Notes under the pieces: generated by a model
Database searches by the model: none
The model's input: only the letters and a program-made list of their open reading frames with translations
What the model was told of the DNA's origin: nothing
Assembly: GCA_050613775.1 (NCBI GenBank)
Contig: JBODTK010000016.1
Location: forward strand, 930,001-994,000
Source of the DNA: Neocallimastix sp. 'constans'
Taxonomy: Eukaryota
DNA: 64,000 bases
Reading direction: 5' to 3'
Shown here: one piece after another, positions 49,321 to 64,000 of the stretch
Layout of the letters: every line of letters begins with the position of its first letter
How positions within the stretch are numbered: position 1 is the stretch's first letter
Made by a program: the position numbers and the translations under genes

Positions 49321-51213
49321 AAAAAAAAAAAAAAAAAAAAAAAGATAAAATAATTAAAACTTTCAACAATAATAAATTTGAATATGAATCAACCTTAATA
49401 ATTATTTTTTATTATAATTATATTATATTATTAAATACATTTAAATTTAATCTAATTTCATCATTTTTTTTTTTTTTTTTTTTTTTTTTGTTGTTACTGT
49501 AATAAAATAAAAACATATACAAATATTTACGTTTATTTATTACTAAAATTCTATGTTTCATTATCAATTTATATATTTTGTTCTATTATAAAATATATTT
49601 TTTTTTATCAATATTATTTTTATTTTTAATAGAAAAAATATTTTATAATAGAAAAAATATTTTATAATAGAACAAAATATATATAAAGATAATCAAATAA
49701 ATATAATAAATTCATATTAATAAAATATATATTATAAAATAATTATTTCTAAGGTCTCTAATCATTCATTATCATATTATATTCCCTTGGTTCTAATATA
49801 AAAGGATTTTTCTTATAAAAAAAAAATAAAAATAATCTAATAAAAAAAAAAGTAATATATTGAAATATTTATATTTTTTTTAATAAATAATAAAAATAAA
49901 AAATAGATAATAAAAATATTAAAATATTAAAATAAAATAAAATAAAAATAAAAATAAAAAAAAAAAATAAAAAAAAAAAAAAAACTATCAATAATATTTT
50001 TTTTTTATTTAATGTTAATAAATATTGTACAAAATATTTTTTAATTATAAAAGACTTAACAACATTTAATAATATATATTTTCTTTTCCTTTATTTCTCT
50101 TTTTATAATTTAAAAATGATACATTTATTTATTTATTAAATGGATATAAGTTTTTTTTTGTGCGTGTGTATGAGTATGTGTATGAGTATGTGTATGAGTA
50201 TGTATTATTTATTAAAGTTTTATTAATTATTCCATTTAGTAACATTTCTAGTTACAGAAAATGGAAAATTATTAAAAAAAATCACATTACAATTATTTTC
50301 AATTATATTTGAAAAAATACTATCCCTTTATTTATTTTTATGAATTTCTTTTATATATAATCTACCTATATTTTATTTTTCTTTGATAATATTATTAAAT
50401 ATAAAAAAATTAAAAAAGTCTAAATATATAGAATATTTTTTAATTTAAATTTTTTTCCTTTTTTATGATTTTTATATTAAAAGAAACATCCCACATACAA
50501 TAGGAATTTTTTATAAATAAAATAATAATTAAAATTTGAAATAAATCTGAAATTTGTACATTATAAATTAAATTAAAAAAAAATTCATTCATTATCATAT
50601 TATTATAATATCATAATACTATATTTTGATACAAATTTAATTTTAGTATGAGGACAAATGAAAATCATAAAAACCTTATTATCATAAATATTAATAAATA
50701 AAGTTTAATTTTAAAATGATCAACTCTTAAATTGTTATAATAAATAAAAAATTATCTCACATTTAATTTATTTTTTATCTTTAATAATCTTATTTATATA
50801 TGATTATTTATATTAACATAATTATATAAATATAATTCTATAACATGAGTTTTTTATTAAGAAAGATTAGAACAAAAAAAAAAAAATTAAATAGTACTAA
50901 AACTAAAGAATTTAAATATCTTTGATTGTTATTTTTCTTCTTCATTATAATAATAATAATAATAATTCCTATTACATGAAAATTTTGTGTTAAACCAATA
51001 TAAATTATTGTGTTTATTATATATTTTGAATAATTTGTTCTTAATATTCTCAAAGAATTTTTAATTTTTTCATTGTTTTCTTTTTATATCACAATATGTA
51101 AAAATTTTTCAATATGTATAAAAATATTCCATAATTTTATCTCGTCTTACATTTTCTTAACTTATAGTTATTCATTTATTATTATTACATATTAATTAAA
51201 ATTTTTATATTAA

Positions 51214-51249
<36 letters not shown>

Positions 51250-52124
51250 AAAGAAAAAAATTATTGTTGAATAAACATTTACATTATTAGTTGTATACTT
51301 TTTATTACTTTTTATAACAAAATTAGATGAAATTTAAATATATTAATTTTGTAATTTAAAAATAGAAATAAAAACAAAATTAAAAAATAAATTATTGTTT
51401 TTCTTTATTATTTTTTTTTTTATTACTATTATAGTTTTTTTTCCTTAATTGAAATATATTTATAATATTAATATATAATTGGTGTATCTTAATTTTATAT
51501 TTAGATAATATTAAAGTTTTATTGGATTTCTTTTTAAAAACTTAAAACATTAATACAATTTTTTATATTAATTTTAATAATTAATGATATTATTAATATT
51601 ATTATTTACAAAGTTTATTATTTTTTATCTTTTAATATTATTTCTATAATTTAATTATATTAATTAGAATTTTTGTATATTATTCTCTTCTCTTACATTA
51701 TTAATATTATATAATATTAAATAATATATTATATAATAAATATGATATATAATTTTCCATTTATATATTAATAAATTAAAATAAATATATTTTTGATAAT
51801 AAAATTAGTTTTTAAACAACAATAAAAAGAATAATATAAAAAAAAATTTTTTTTTATTTATTTAAAACCCCCTTATTTATCAATAATTGTTATTAAATTA
51901 AATCTTACTATATTGTATTTTATAATTGGTAAACTATAACAATATTAATAGTTTTGAAATATTTGATATAAAAAAGTTATATATAATAGAATAATATTAA
52001 ATTAAAAAATATATATATATAAAGTAAGTTTCCTTAATTTTTAAAAATTAAATTTTTTCTAAAAAAATTTATTTTAAAGTATTTTTGCTATTTAAAAATT
52101 ATTATAAATTACAAAATTTATAAA

Positions 52125-52195
52125 ACACTTTGATAGTGTAGTAATATAGTAAAGCAAAAAGAAATATTTATAAATATATAAACACTTTGATAGTG
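52125..52195 (+). promoter_or_regulatory. Paired ACACTTTGATAGTG elements upstream of GH9 copy 2
   Basis: Exact 14-mer at 52125-52138 and 52182-52195, followed immediately by TATATAAAT. Confidence 0.65.
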
Positions 52196-52324
52196 CGTAT
52201 ATAAATTTAATAAAGTGAATTAAAAAAAAAATAACAAATAAAATATAATAAAAAAAAAAAAGTATTAAATTAAAAAAAATTAAATAAAAAGAAGTTTTAT
52301 AATTAAAGTACATTTAATAAAAAA

Positions 52325-55685
<3,361 letters not shown>

Positions 55686-55999
55686 TAGTTAAATATATAA
55701 AATAAAAATTAAGCAAATAAATAAGAAAATAAAAAAATAAAAAAAAAAAAACTTTATATAAATCCAAAGCATTAATATTATTATATAATCAATCTTAATC
55801 ATTTTATTATTATATTAATATCTACAAATTAATGAAAATAAAATAAGAAAAAAATAATAATAATAATAATAAAAATATAATAAAATAAAATAAAATAAAA
55901 AAATAATATATATTATTAATTATTTAATTAAAAAATGAAGTTTAATATTTATAGATGTACATTATATATTTGTTTTTTTTTTTTTTTTGTTTGTTAATA

Positions 56000-56034
56000 T
56001 ATTTGTTTGTTTGTTTGTTTGTTTGCTTATATAT

Positions 56035-56129
<95 letters not shown>

Positions 56130-56131
56130 TT
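56000..56131. repeat. (TTTG)n/(TTTA)n microsatellite
   Basis: Read directly; similar tracts occur at ~41165-41230 and 63918-64000. Confidence 0.9.
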
Positions 56132-56199
56132 GTCATTGTATTATTATTTATTATACATTCGTATTTCGTATGTAATTAATAATTTATAAATTTTATGGT

Positions 56200-58793
56200 A
56201 TTATTACAGCAGAAATTCAGTATCTGAAATCTTATAAAGTTCGGATAGAAATAAATACTATTCCTAAAGTTTCTAGTTATATTTATCTTGGTATTCCTTT
56301 TTCAGATGATCTCTTATTATAACACATTATATCAGCTGCCAGAATTGAAATTTTGTCTTGGTTAAATAGTCACTCTTCTCATCCTTCAATGTTAGTTAGT
56401 AATTTTAATTTACCTACTGAGAAATTAGGTAATTTGCTCTCTAAATTGAGTAATTGGAAAATTCTTCCCTTATGGGGCTCCTCAATTTCATGGAGTAGAG
56501 GTAATAGAGAATCTAATATAGATCATGCGATTGTCAATGATCATATGTTAGATTTACTTTCATATGGTACTTTTATTGACTTTCCCCCCATTTCGGATCA
56601 TAAACCTTTATTAATAAAAGGTAAATATTTTTCATTAGATAATTCAGATAATTCCTTCTCTCTGCCCAAAAAGACAGTTAAATGGGATAGATTAAAATGT
56701 ATAAATGAAAAAGTATCAATTTTTGACAATAACTATTTTAGTGTATTAGAGGAAGTGATTCCAGATCCTAATATTAGTACTGATGATGTTTCTAAGAAAT
56801 TTAGATCTACTTCATTCAATATTGCTAAAGTGCTTAATATCACATCAATATCAGAGGTAAGAAAATCTATTTTTCATATGTCACAGAAAATATTTAATTT
56901 GCAAAAACTCAAAATGAAATTATATAAAGCCATTAAAAGAAGAGGTTCTTATCATAATTTAGATGAATTTGAAGGATTAATTGAAAAATATAATAGAATG
57001 TGCAAAATTATTCATGATAGGAAAACTGAATACCAACATTGGATCAATACAGGATGTGAATATATGAAATCTCATAACCCAAAGAAAGCTTGGAAATGGC
57101 TTAAAACAACAGCAAAAGTAGATAAATTTGAAAATATGTCAGTTTCTCCTGTAAAGGACAAAAATGGTAAATTAGCTACTTCTACTAAAGAACAGTTAGA
57201 AGTATGGCACAATCATTATAAAAAACTTGCATCAAGCCATTCTGATATCAATAGTGCATTAATCGAATGGTCTAATAAATTTTCCAATGGTACAATTAGG
57301 TATACGAGACACAATGAATGGGATATAAATCAAGACATCAGTATAGAAGAAATTAAAGAAGCAGTTTTAGTTACTCCAAATTATAAAGCTTCAGGCCCGG
57401 ATGGAATTCTTATTAAATTTTATTAAGCTTTAATTTCTCCGGATGACAAAAATTCAGTATATAATTCTGCTTCTGATTTAAATTGTTTACAGAAGATATA
57501 TTCTAGAATTTGGAATGGAGAATTTCCTAGTACATGGAATGAAACAAGTATTATATCTATTCCTAAAAAAATAGATGATCTATCTGATTGTGACAATTAT
57601 CGAGGTATCTCTCTGATTAACAATAGTATAAAACTCATCTCGAAAATAGTCTCCAAAAGAATTTCGGAATATGGACTTAAAAATAATTTTATTAGGCCAG
57701 AGCAATTTGGATTTCGTACTAAAGAAGAATGTGTTATTTTATTTATTTCAATTCGAGAAATTTGTCAAAGGCGTAAAAATAATAATAAAGAAACTTACCT
57801 TGCTTTTCTAGATTTAAAAAAGGCATATGATTCTGTTCCAATAGGTAATATTTTATATAAATTAGATGCTTTAGGTATTAGAAGTAAATGTTATCAATTT
57901 ATAAAAAATCTATATTTGACTTCCAAAGCCAGTGTTAAAATTGATGATCAATATTCGGAATCTTGTATATTATGAAAAGAGTTAGACAAGGTTGTCCACT
58001 ATCACCAATTCTTTTCAATCTATTTATTAATGATATTTTTAATGATTTTTCAGTAGTACTTGGAATTCCTTTAGGCGAATCTAGATGTTGCGGTGGACTC
58101 TTTGCAGATGATATTGCTCTATGCGCACCATCAAGAACTAAGTTAAAAAAAATGCTTAAGAGGGTAAATGAATGGGCTAAATTTAATATGATGAATTTTG
58201 GAATTAACAAGTGTGCAACAATGGTGATTCGATCAGACACACCTCTTTTTCAAAATAAAAGAGATCCTACTTTTTATCTTTCTGGTGGAACTTTAGATTT
58301 AAATGAGCTACATTTCGATAGTGAGGAACAGAGACAATTAAATGAACTACTTTTCAAAGGTTCTCTGAGTCACCTGTTCCAAAAAATTGTTCGTTTGAGC
58401 TATTATTTGTTAGGTACTCCAAATTACCAAACTTAACCAAGAGCGTCGACGTCGTACTGATAAGGCATAATAATAATACAGGATCATCATCTATTTCCAC
58501 GAAGGGTGAATCTGGCCTTAGTAGTTCAAAAAATGATGAATCCGGGGAGGTTTAGTGGACACTAAATTATCTATTTTAAAGATGTTACTTCTAGGTTTTA
58601 TTATTTTTTTATTTGTTAGGAAGGGAAAATTCCCGCATAGTACAACTTGCCGAAATACATAGTATTTTTGAGCTTTTTTATTTTTTATTTTTTAACTTTT
58701 ATTTTTATTTTTAATTTAAAAAGTACTTTTCACCTACATGTATTTTTTATAATAAAATTAATACATTTATGGAAGTGTACTCTCTTCCCTGTC

Positions 58794-58835
<42 letters not shown>
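56200..58835 (+). mobile_element. Decayed or rearranged APE-type LINE: endonuclease C-terminal half, RT, internal deletion, 3' end with poly(A)
   Basis: APE motifs IDHAIVN and ISDHKPL; KASGPDGI; RT RQGCPLSP and LFADD; an abrupt junction at ~58280 to the 3' end; poly(A) from 58795. Confidence 0.9.
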
Positions 58836-58836
<1 letters not shown>

Positions 58837-58845
58837 AAAAAAAAT

Positions 58846-59542
58846 TTTCAAGTTCGGAGGAAATAAGGCGTTTTATTGATGATATTTTTCAATCACAAAA
58901 GTAATAATGATGCTAATAATAGTAATAGTATTGATGGTGAAAATAAGAATACTACAATGGTAATTGAACAAAAATCCTTTGATGTTTCATTATATACAGA
59001 AAAGGATTATGATAATAATATTTATTATTTTAAATTGAGTGTTCTTCTTGGCGGGAGTTCAATATATGAAAATATTAAACTTAATAATGGGGAACAAAGA
59101 CAATTAGTTGACAATATTTTTAAACAAAGTTCAACTTCGTCGACTGTTCCGTATTTTGTAGGGATTGCGGAGTTTCTAATGAACGTAATACCATTAATTT
59201 GTCGATGTATTAGATTGATGATGAAATGGTATTCCGTTGAATCTACCGTTGCTAATAGCGTCAAGGTCGAAATGATAAGGTATGGATTTTCACCTCCTGG
59301 TAAAAAATCTGATACAGATTCGTTTGATAACACTAATACTGAAATTATTACTCGCAATAATGGACGTGGTGTTATCATCGATTAATGAGAAAAATTAGAA
59401 ACTATAATTGCTTCTAACGCACTTTTATAATTATATACTATATAATATTTTATTTCATGTATTTTATTTTTTATTTAAATCATGTAATTTTATTATTATT
59501 ATAAATTAAATAAAGTTATTCTATAAGTCTTAAAAAAAAAAA
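58846..59542 (+). mobile_element. Short 5'-truncated LINE 3' end with poly(A)
   Basis: LLGG....EQRQL....P....G.AEFL...IP is homologous to the ORF2 C-termini at ~10870-11030; AATAAA and an A-tail at ~59509-59542. Confidence 0.75.
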
Positions 59543-60189
59543 GGAATATTAACGCATTAATCCTACTACAAAATTTGAATTATTATTCTCAACAATAGTC
59601 AAACTTCAATATTATGTTATACAAAAAAAAAAAAATACAAAATAAAACAAAAAAAAAAATTAAGTACAAACTTGCCCACATTTTCTAATCACTCCGCTTT
59701 TTATTAAGTTACAATTATTTCAAATTTAAACTTAAAATCCTACAGTATTATTTATTTTGAATATCTTACAATTATTGTGTACTATGAACTTAACTATCAT
59801 TCAAACTTTCACTGTGATATCCGCCGTTACAGATGCGTTCTCAACAAATTTTATATGATATTCATTCATAAACTCAAAAATTGGTCAGTAAAAAACTTTA
59901 CAATTTTTTCAGTAAATTATCTCGTTCTTTTTTTAATATCTTTGGTTCTTATTTTATTATAGTAATAAATGCTCTCAATAGTAATAATTATATAATTTGT
60001 TAAATGATGGTTTTCATTCCTCTATTAAAATTAATTATAAAAAATGTAAAGGTTATTCAAATTCCAATGACCACAAATCCAATTATAATAAAGTTAAAAA
60101 AAATTAAAAGAAAAATCAAATCCTTTTTTGGTATGCCCAGAGAATTCTATTCATGTCATCTTTATTCTCGTTTTTCTTTCTTCAATTTA

Positions 60190-61988
60190 TGCCCTAGCAG
60201 GAATATAAATGGTTAGAATTCTGAAAAGAGAGATGGCGTTATGTGTTTAAATTCTATAATTTAAACCAGTATGTATATTCCTTCAAGAAACTGGTAAAAG
60301 TAAGTTCCTCACTAAAGGGAACTCTCCTTCTATTTTTACCAAACATTTAGCAAATTCCAAAATCCCGGTGTTCATAATTCTTGCTCATATACTGCTGAAA
60401 ATGCTAAGTACAATTACATTATATCAGTTAGCCTGACTTAATTTTGGAATCAAAAATGTTCTATTAGCAATATTATTTTCCTCGATACAGATGGCTTGAA
60501 GCTCGTTTAGATGTTTCTCAGAAATGGAAAAATGATAAAGTAGTCATAATAAGGAAAATTCACCTGTTGTTCTTTTAGGAGATTTTAATATTCCCTTTCA
60601 AAACTTAAGAAGTATATTATCAAAAATTTCCCTGACTGGACTGTAGCGAATCTTACTGGTAGTAGTATTACCTATTCTACAGGTTCAAAATCTTCTTATA
60701 TCGACCATATTATCTATAATAAAGCTATGATTCCTCATGTATATTTATCTTCTACTTGTTCATTTGCATATGATATTTCTGAACATTATCTTATCTTCTT
60801 ATCTTGCAATAATAATCTTTCAGATAGTTTTAATAAACCTAAAAAAACTTTCAAATGGTTTAAATATATTTGTAATACTCAGAATACAAGTATATCGTCT
60901 CATAATTACTTTTCTATTTTGGCAAGTAATCTTGAATCCAAATTTGATGAAACATCAGCAGATGATATGGTTAAAGAATTTATTAATACTTCAATCAATG
61001 TTGGAAAAGAAATTAAAGTTTTTATTTCCTCAAAATTTAAAGGCCCTGATTTCCACTGCCCAGAGTATGTATAGAAGACTTGAACTGCCAAACATTTAAT
61101 ATATGAAAATATATTAAATCTTCCTCAGACTGCCCTTCCGTGAATACTTATTTAGGTCAATTTACTCAGTATCATAAATTATGCACAGTTTTGAGAAGAC
61201 TTAAAAGCTCCTTACGTTCCATTTTTTATAAAGCAAATATTGTCAAAATTAGTAACTATTTAATAATCAAAAAAAATAGGCATGGTTGGCGTGGTTTCAA
61301 GAAGATTCTATTTCACTCTCTGATATAAGATACACAGTACCTTCTATTAGGCGTAACAAAGCTCATGGACCTGATGATATTCCTATTGAATTTTATAAAG
61401 CTTTCTTCTGTAATCATGATCTACTGTTCTGTATATTGTGGGGCATACGGAATATCTTGTTAATACAATATCAATCATCGGTAGCTCTCCTGAGTAAAAA
61501 AATTTTCATTACCAAGAGCACCGATATGGCAAAGGAATAGTGCAGTTAGTAGTCCTGTTAATTCTCATTAGTACACATTTACTAACACCACAGTTCCTAA
61601 CACAGAGCCTGTAGTAAGTAATTAAATTTTTGATGATCTTTTTTGTGGTTCAGAGGAGAGTTTAGTGGATACCACACTATCTATTTTAAAGATGTTACTT
61701 CTTTGTTTTATTATTTTAGATTTAACTGGTGATCATGTTACTACTCATAGTATACTTCACACTGAAATTTTTTTATCTTTTGAACTTATTTTTATTCTTT
61801 ATTGTATTAAATTTTCTTTGATTAATTAAATTTTTTTTTAAAATTTTATTATTTTTTATTTTACTTAATTTTTTATATACTTTTTTTTTTTATCTTTAAA
61901 TAATAATGTATTTTTTAAAAAAAAATGTAATACATAAAAATATAATTATCTTTTTAACAAAGTACTGGAAGTGTATTTCTCTTCTTAG

Positions 61989-62025
<37 letters not shown>
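60190..62025 (+). mobile_element. Internally deleted LINE (APE domain remnant joined to 3' end and poly(A))
   Basis: NING, LLGDFN, IDHIIY, ISEHYL and KAHGPDDIPIEFYK; 3' motif GGAGAGTTTAGTGGA(C/T)ACCACACT; tail GGAAGTGTATTTCTCTTCTTAGTCT-An. Confidence 0.8.
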
Positions 62026-62027
<2 letters not shown>

Positions 62028-62175
62028 GACTCGGTATGGATTATATAACTTCTTTCTTGGTGGAAGAGATGCAAACATTATTAATTTAAATTATAAAAAG
62101 AAATGGGATGTTTTATTTAATAACCAAATCATTTCTGTTAATTATTCTAAAACCACATTCTTGGTGCAATCTGAG

Positions 62176-62208
<33 letters not shown>

Positions 62209-62450
62209 AATTATGCAAAGGGCTTATACTCGACAAGGATTGCTATTCCAACGGTATAAGCACAAACTAACTAGAAGGATTAACGCTGAAAATGTAGTAA
62301 GACAGATCAGAGGAGCCAAAGCCTCAAGTTTAAAGGAGAAGACCATAATTTCTTTCAAATTGTCAATTCAAACCTTAATTTGGAATAAGAATTCCTTTTA
62401 AACAGAAATCTTATAATTTGGAGGTAAGATTCATTACATATGAATATTTT
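62026..62450 (+). mobile_element. Further LINE ORF2 C-terminal fragment
   Basis: LYNFFLGGR....W..LF resembles FNFLLGGR...WKDLF at ~13465-13530; it starts immediately after the previous poly(A). Confidence 0.6.
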
Positions 62451-64000
62451 TCTGAATTTATTTATACACTTTATTTTAAATATTACTTTTATTTCACATT
62501 ACTGTTTAAAAAAATCATTATATTTAACTTTGATAAATAATATTTTTTTTTATTAATTGGACGTTTTATAAAAATATATGTATATATATATATGTACTTA
62601 ATAAATGAATATATATAATTGTTAATACGTTGTGGTAAAGTTTAAATTTTTTTTTATATAAATCGTACTTATTAATTATGAATTTATATTATTTAATATA
62701 TTTTAAAATTAAATAATATATAAATTTAGATAAAACATTAATTATTACTAAGCATTATTTGTAGTATTAAGTATTTTTTTTTTTTTTTAATTAACAATAA
62801 TTATAAATTTAAACATATCATAATAGGTAAATTTATATTTTTATATATTAAATAAATAAATCTATTTTTTTAATTTATTTATTTTATGCATATGTTAAAC
62901 AAATAACCCATATATAAATGTTAATTATAATTATCATATTATTTCTTGAACTTTAATTTTAATATTTAAGCAAAAAATATATTTATTTTTTATTTTCTTT
63001 TTTAATTAATAATAAAATATTATTATGACCGCAATAATAATTAACTAATTAAGAAAATTTTACCGCACTCTATTAATGAATAAAAAGAAAACTTATTTCA
63101 ATTCAAAGATTTTAAATATTGTGTTACCATAGATTTAATTTATTTTTAATTGTTATTATTCAATTTTTTTAAATAAATGTATTACTTTTTAAATTAAAAT
63201 TTAATTGAAATAAAGAATTATAATAATTATAATTAATAAAAAGTATATATTATTTATAAATATATATATAAATTTAATTTTTACATAATTATTAAATTTT
63301 ATAAAATAAATAAGAAAAAAAAAACTTTAAATCAAAAAATTTCAATGATAAATAACAATTTTATTTAAACTAAGACATATTATTTATTTTTGATTAAATG
63401 ATTTCTAAAGTTTAAATAAAAGTAATAATAAGAAAATTTTTCATAATATAAATAAAAATTATTTGAGTTGCTTAATATAGCAAAAGATATAAGAATTAAA
63501 AAAGAAAATAGTATATCAAGTTTTAATAATATTTAAATATTATTACATAGAATCAATATTTGAAATATGAAATAACATTTATAAAGAAAAAATAAAAGAT
63601 ATATTAGAACAAATAATTTTATCTTTAAAAAAAAAAAAAATATCAAATTAATATTTTTTTAATTAAATCTAATTTATATATGAAATATCAGTGATAAAAA
63701 CTACTTTGTATTATATGTATTGTATATATCATTTATTTTTGTTTTTATTTATTAAACGTATTTCATTTCTCCATTTATATATTTGAAAAACTAGACAATT
63801 TTAATTATTATTAATATTAATATTATTATTAAATTACTAATAATTATTCGTTTTGATCGTCCAATAAAACATTTTAGAAAAAAACTAAAATATATTTATT
63901 ATTAATATAGTATGGATTTTATTTATTTATTTGTTTGTTTGTTTGTTTGTTTATTTATTTATTTATTTATTTATTCATTCATTCATTTATTAATTTATTT

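Noticed and set aside
55955..56189. Short hydrophobic ORFs such as FIYL repeats (also 4045-4290, 6594-6776, 46194-46430, 52092-52313)
   Set aside because: Translations of microsatellites or T-rich intergenic DNA with no coding signal.

Overview
Extremely AT-rich, intron-containing eukaryotic DNA. The fungal dockerin-bearing GH9 cellulases, the AT content and the NRPS-type condensation remnant point to an anaerobic gut fungus (Neocallimastigomycota); this is inferred from content, not searched. Two same-strand paralogous cellulosomal GH9 genes (6785-10096, 8 exons; 52325-55685, 9 exons including an apparent 3-nt micro-exon) bracket about 42 kb of mostly repetitive DNA. That interval holds 5'-truncated APE-type LINE pieces, two inverted (TTTTA)n-spaced minisatellite arrays, a tRNA-headed SINE, a young full-length Ty3/Gypsy element inserted 14 bp upstream of the SINE head, a decayed Ty1/Copia element whose PBS matches the anticodon arm of tRNA-Lys(CUU), a Mutator-like non-autonomous element, an intronless bacterial-type NTF2/lumazine-binding-like gene, and a condensation-domain pseudogene. 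More LINE pieces are stacked after the second GH9. The best leads are the micro-exon in the GH9 catalytic motif, a doubled ACACTTTGATAGTG element upstream of both cellulases, the SINE plus Pol III-adjacent Gypsy insertion, a cryptic -1 frameshift signal in the Gypsy ORF, and the half-tRNA-Lys Copia primer site. All calls were made by eye; no database searches were run.
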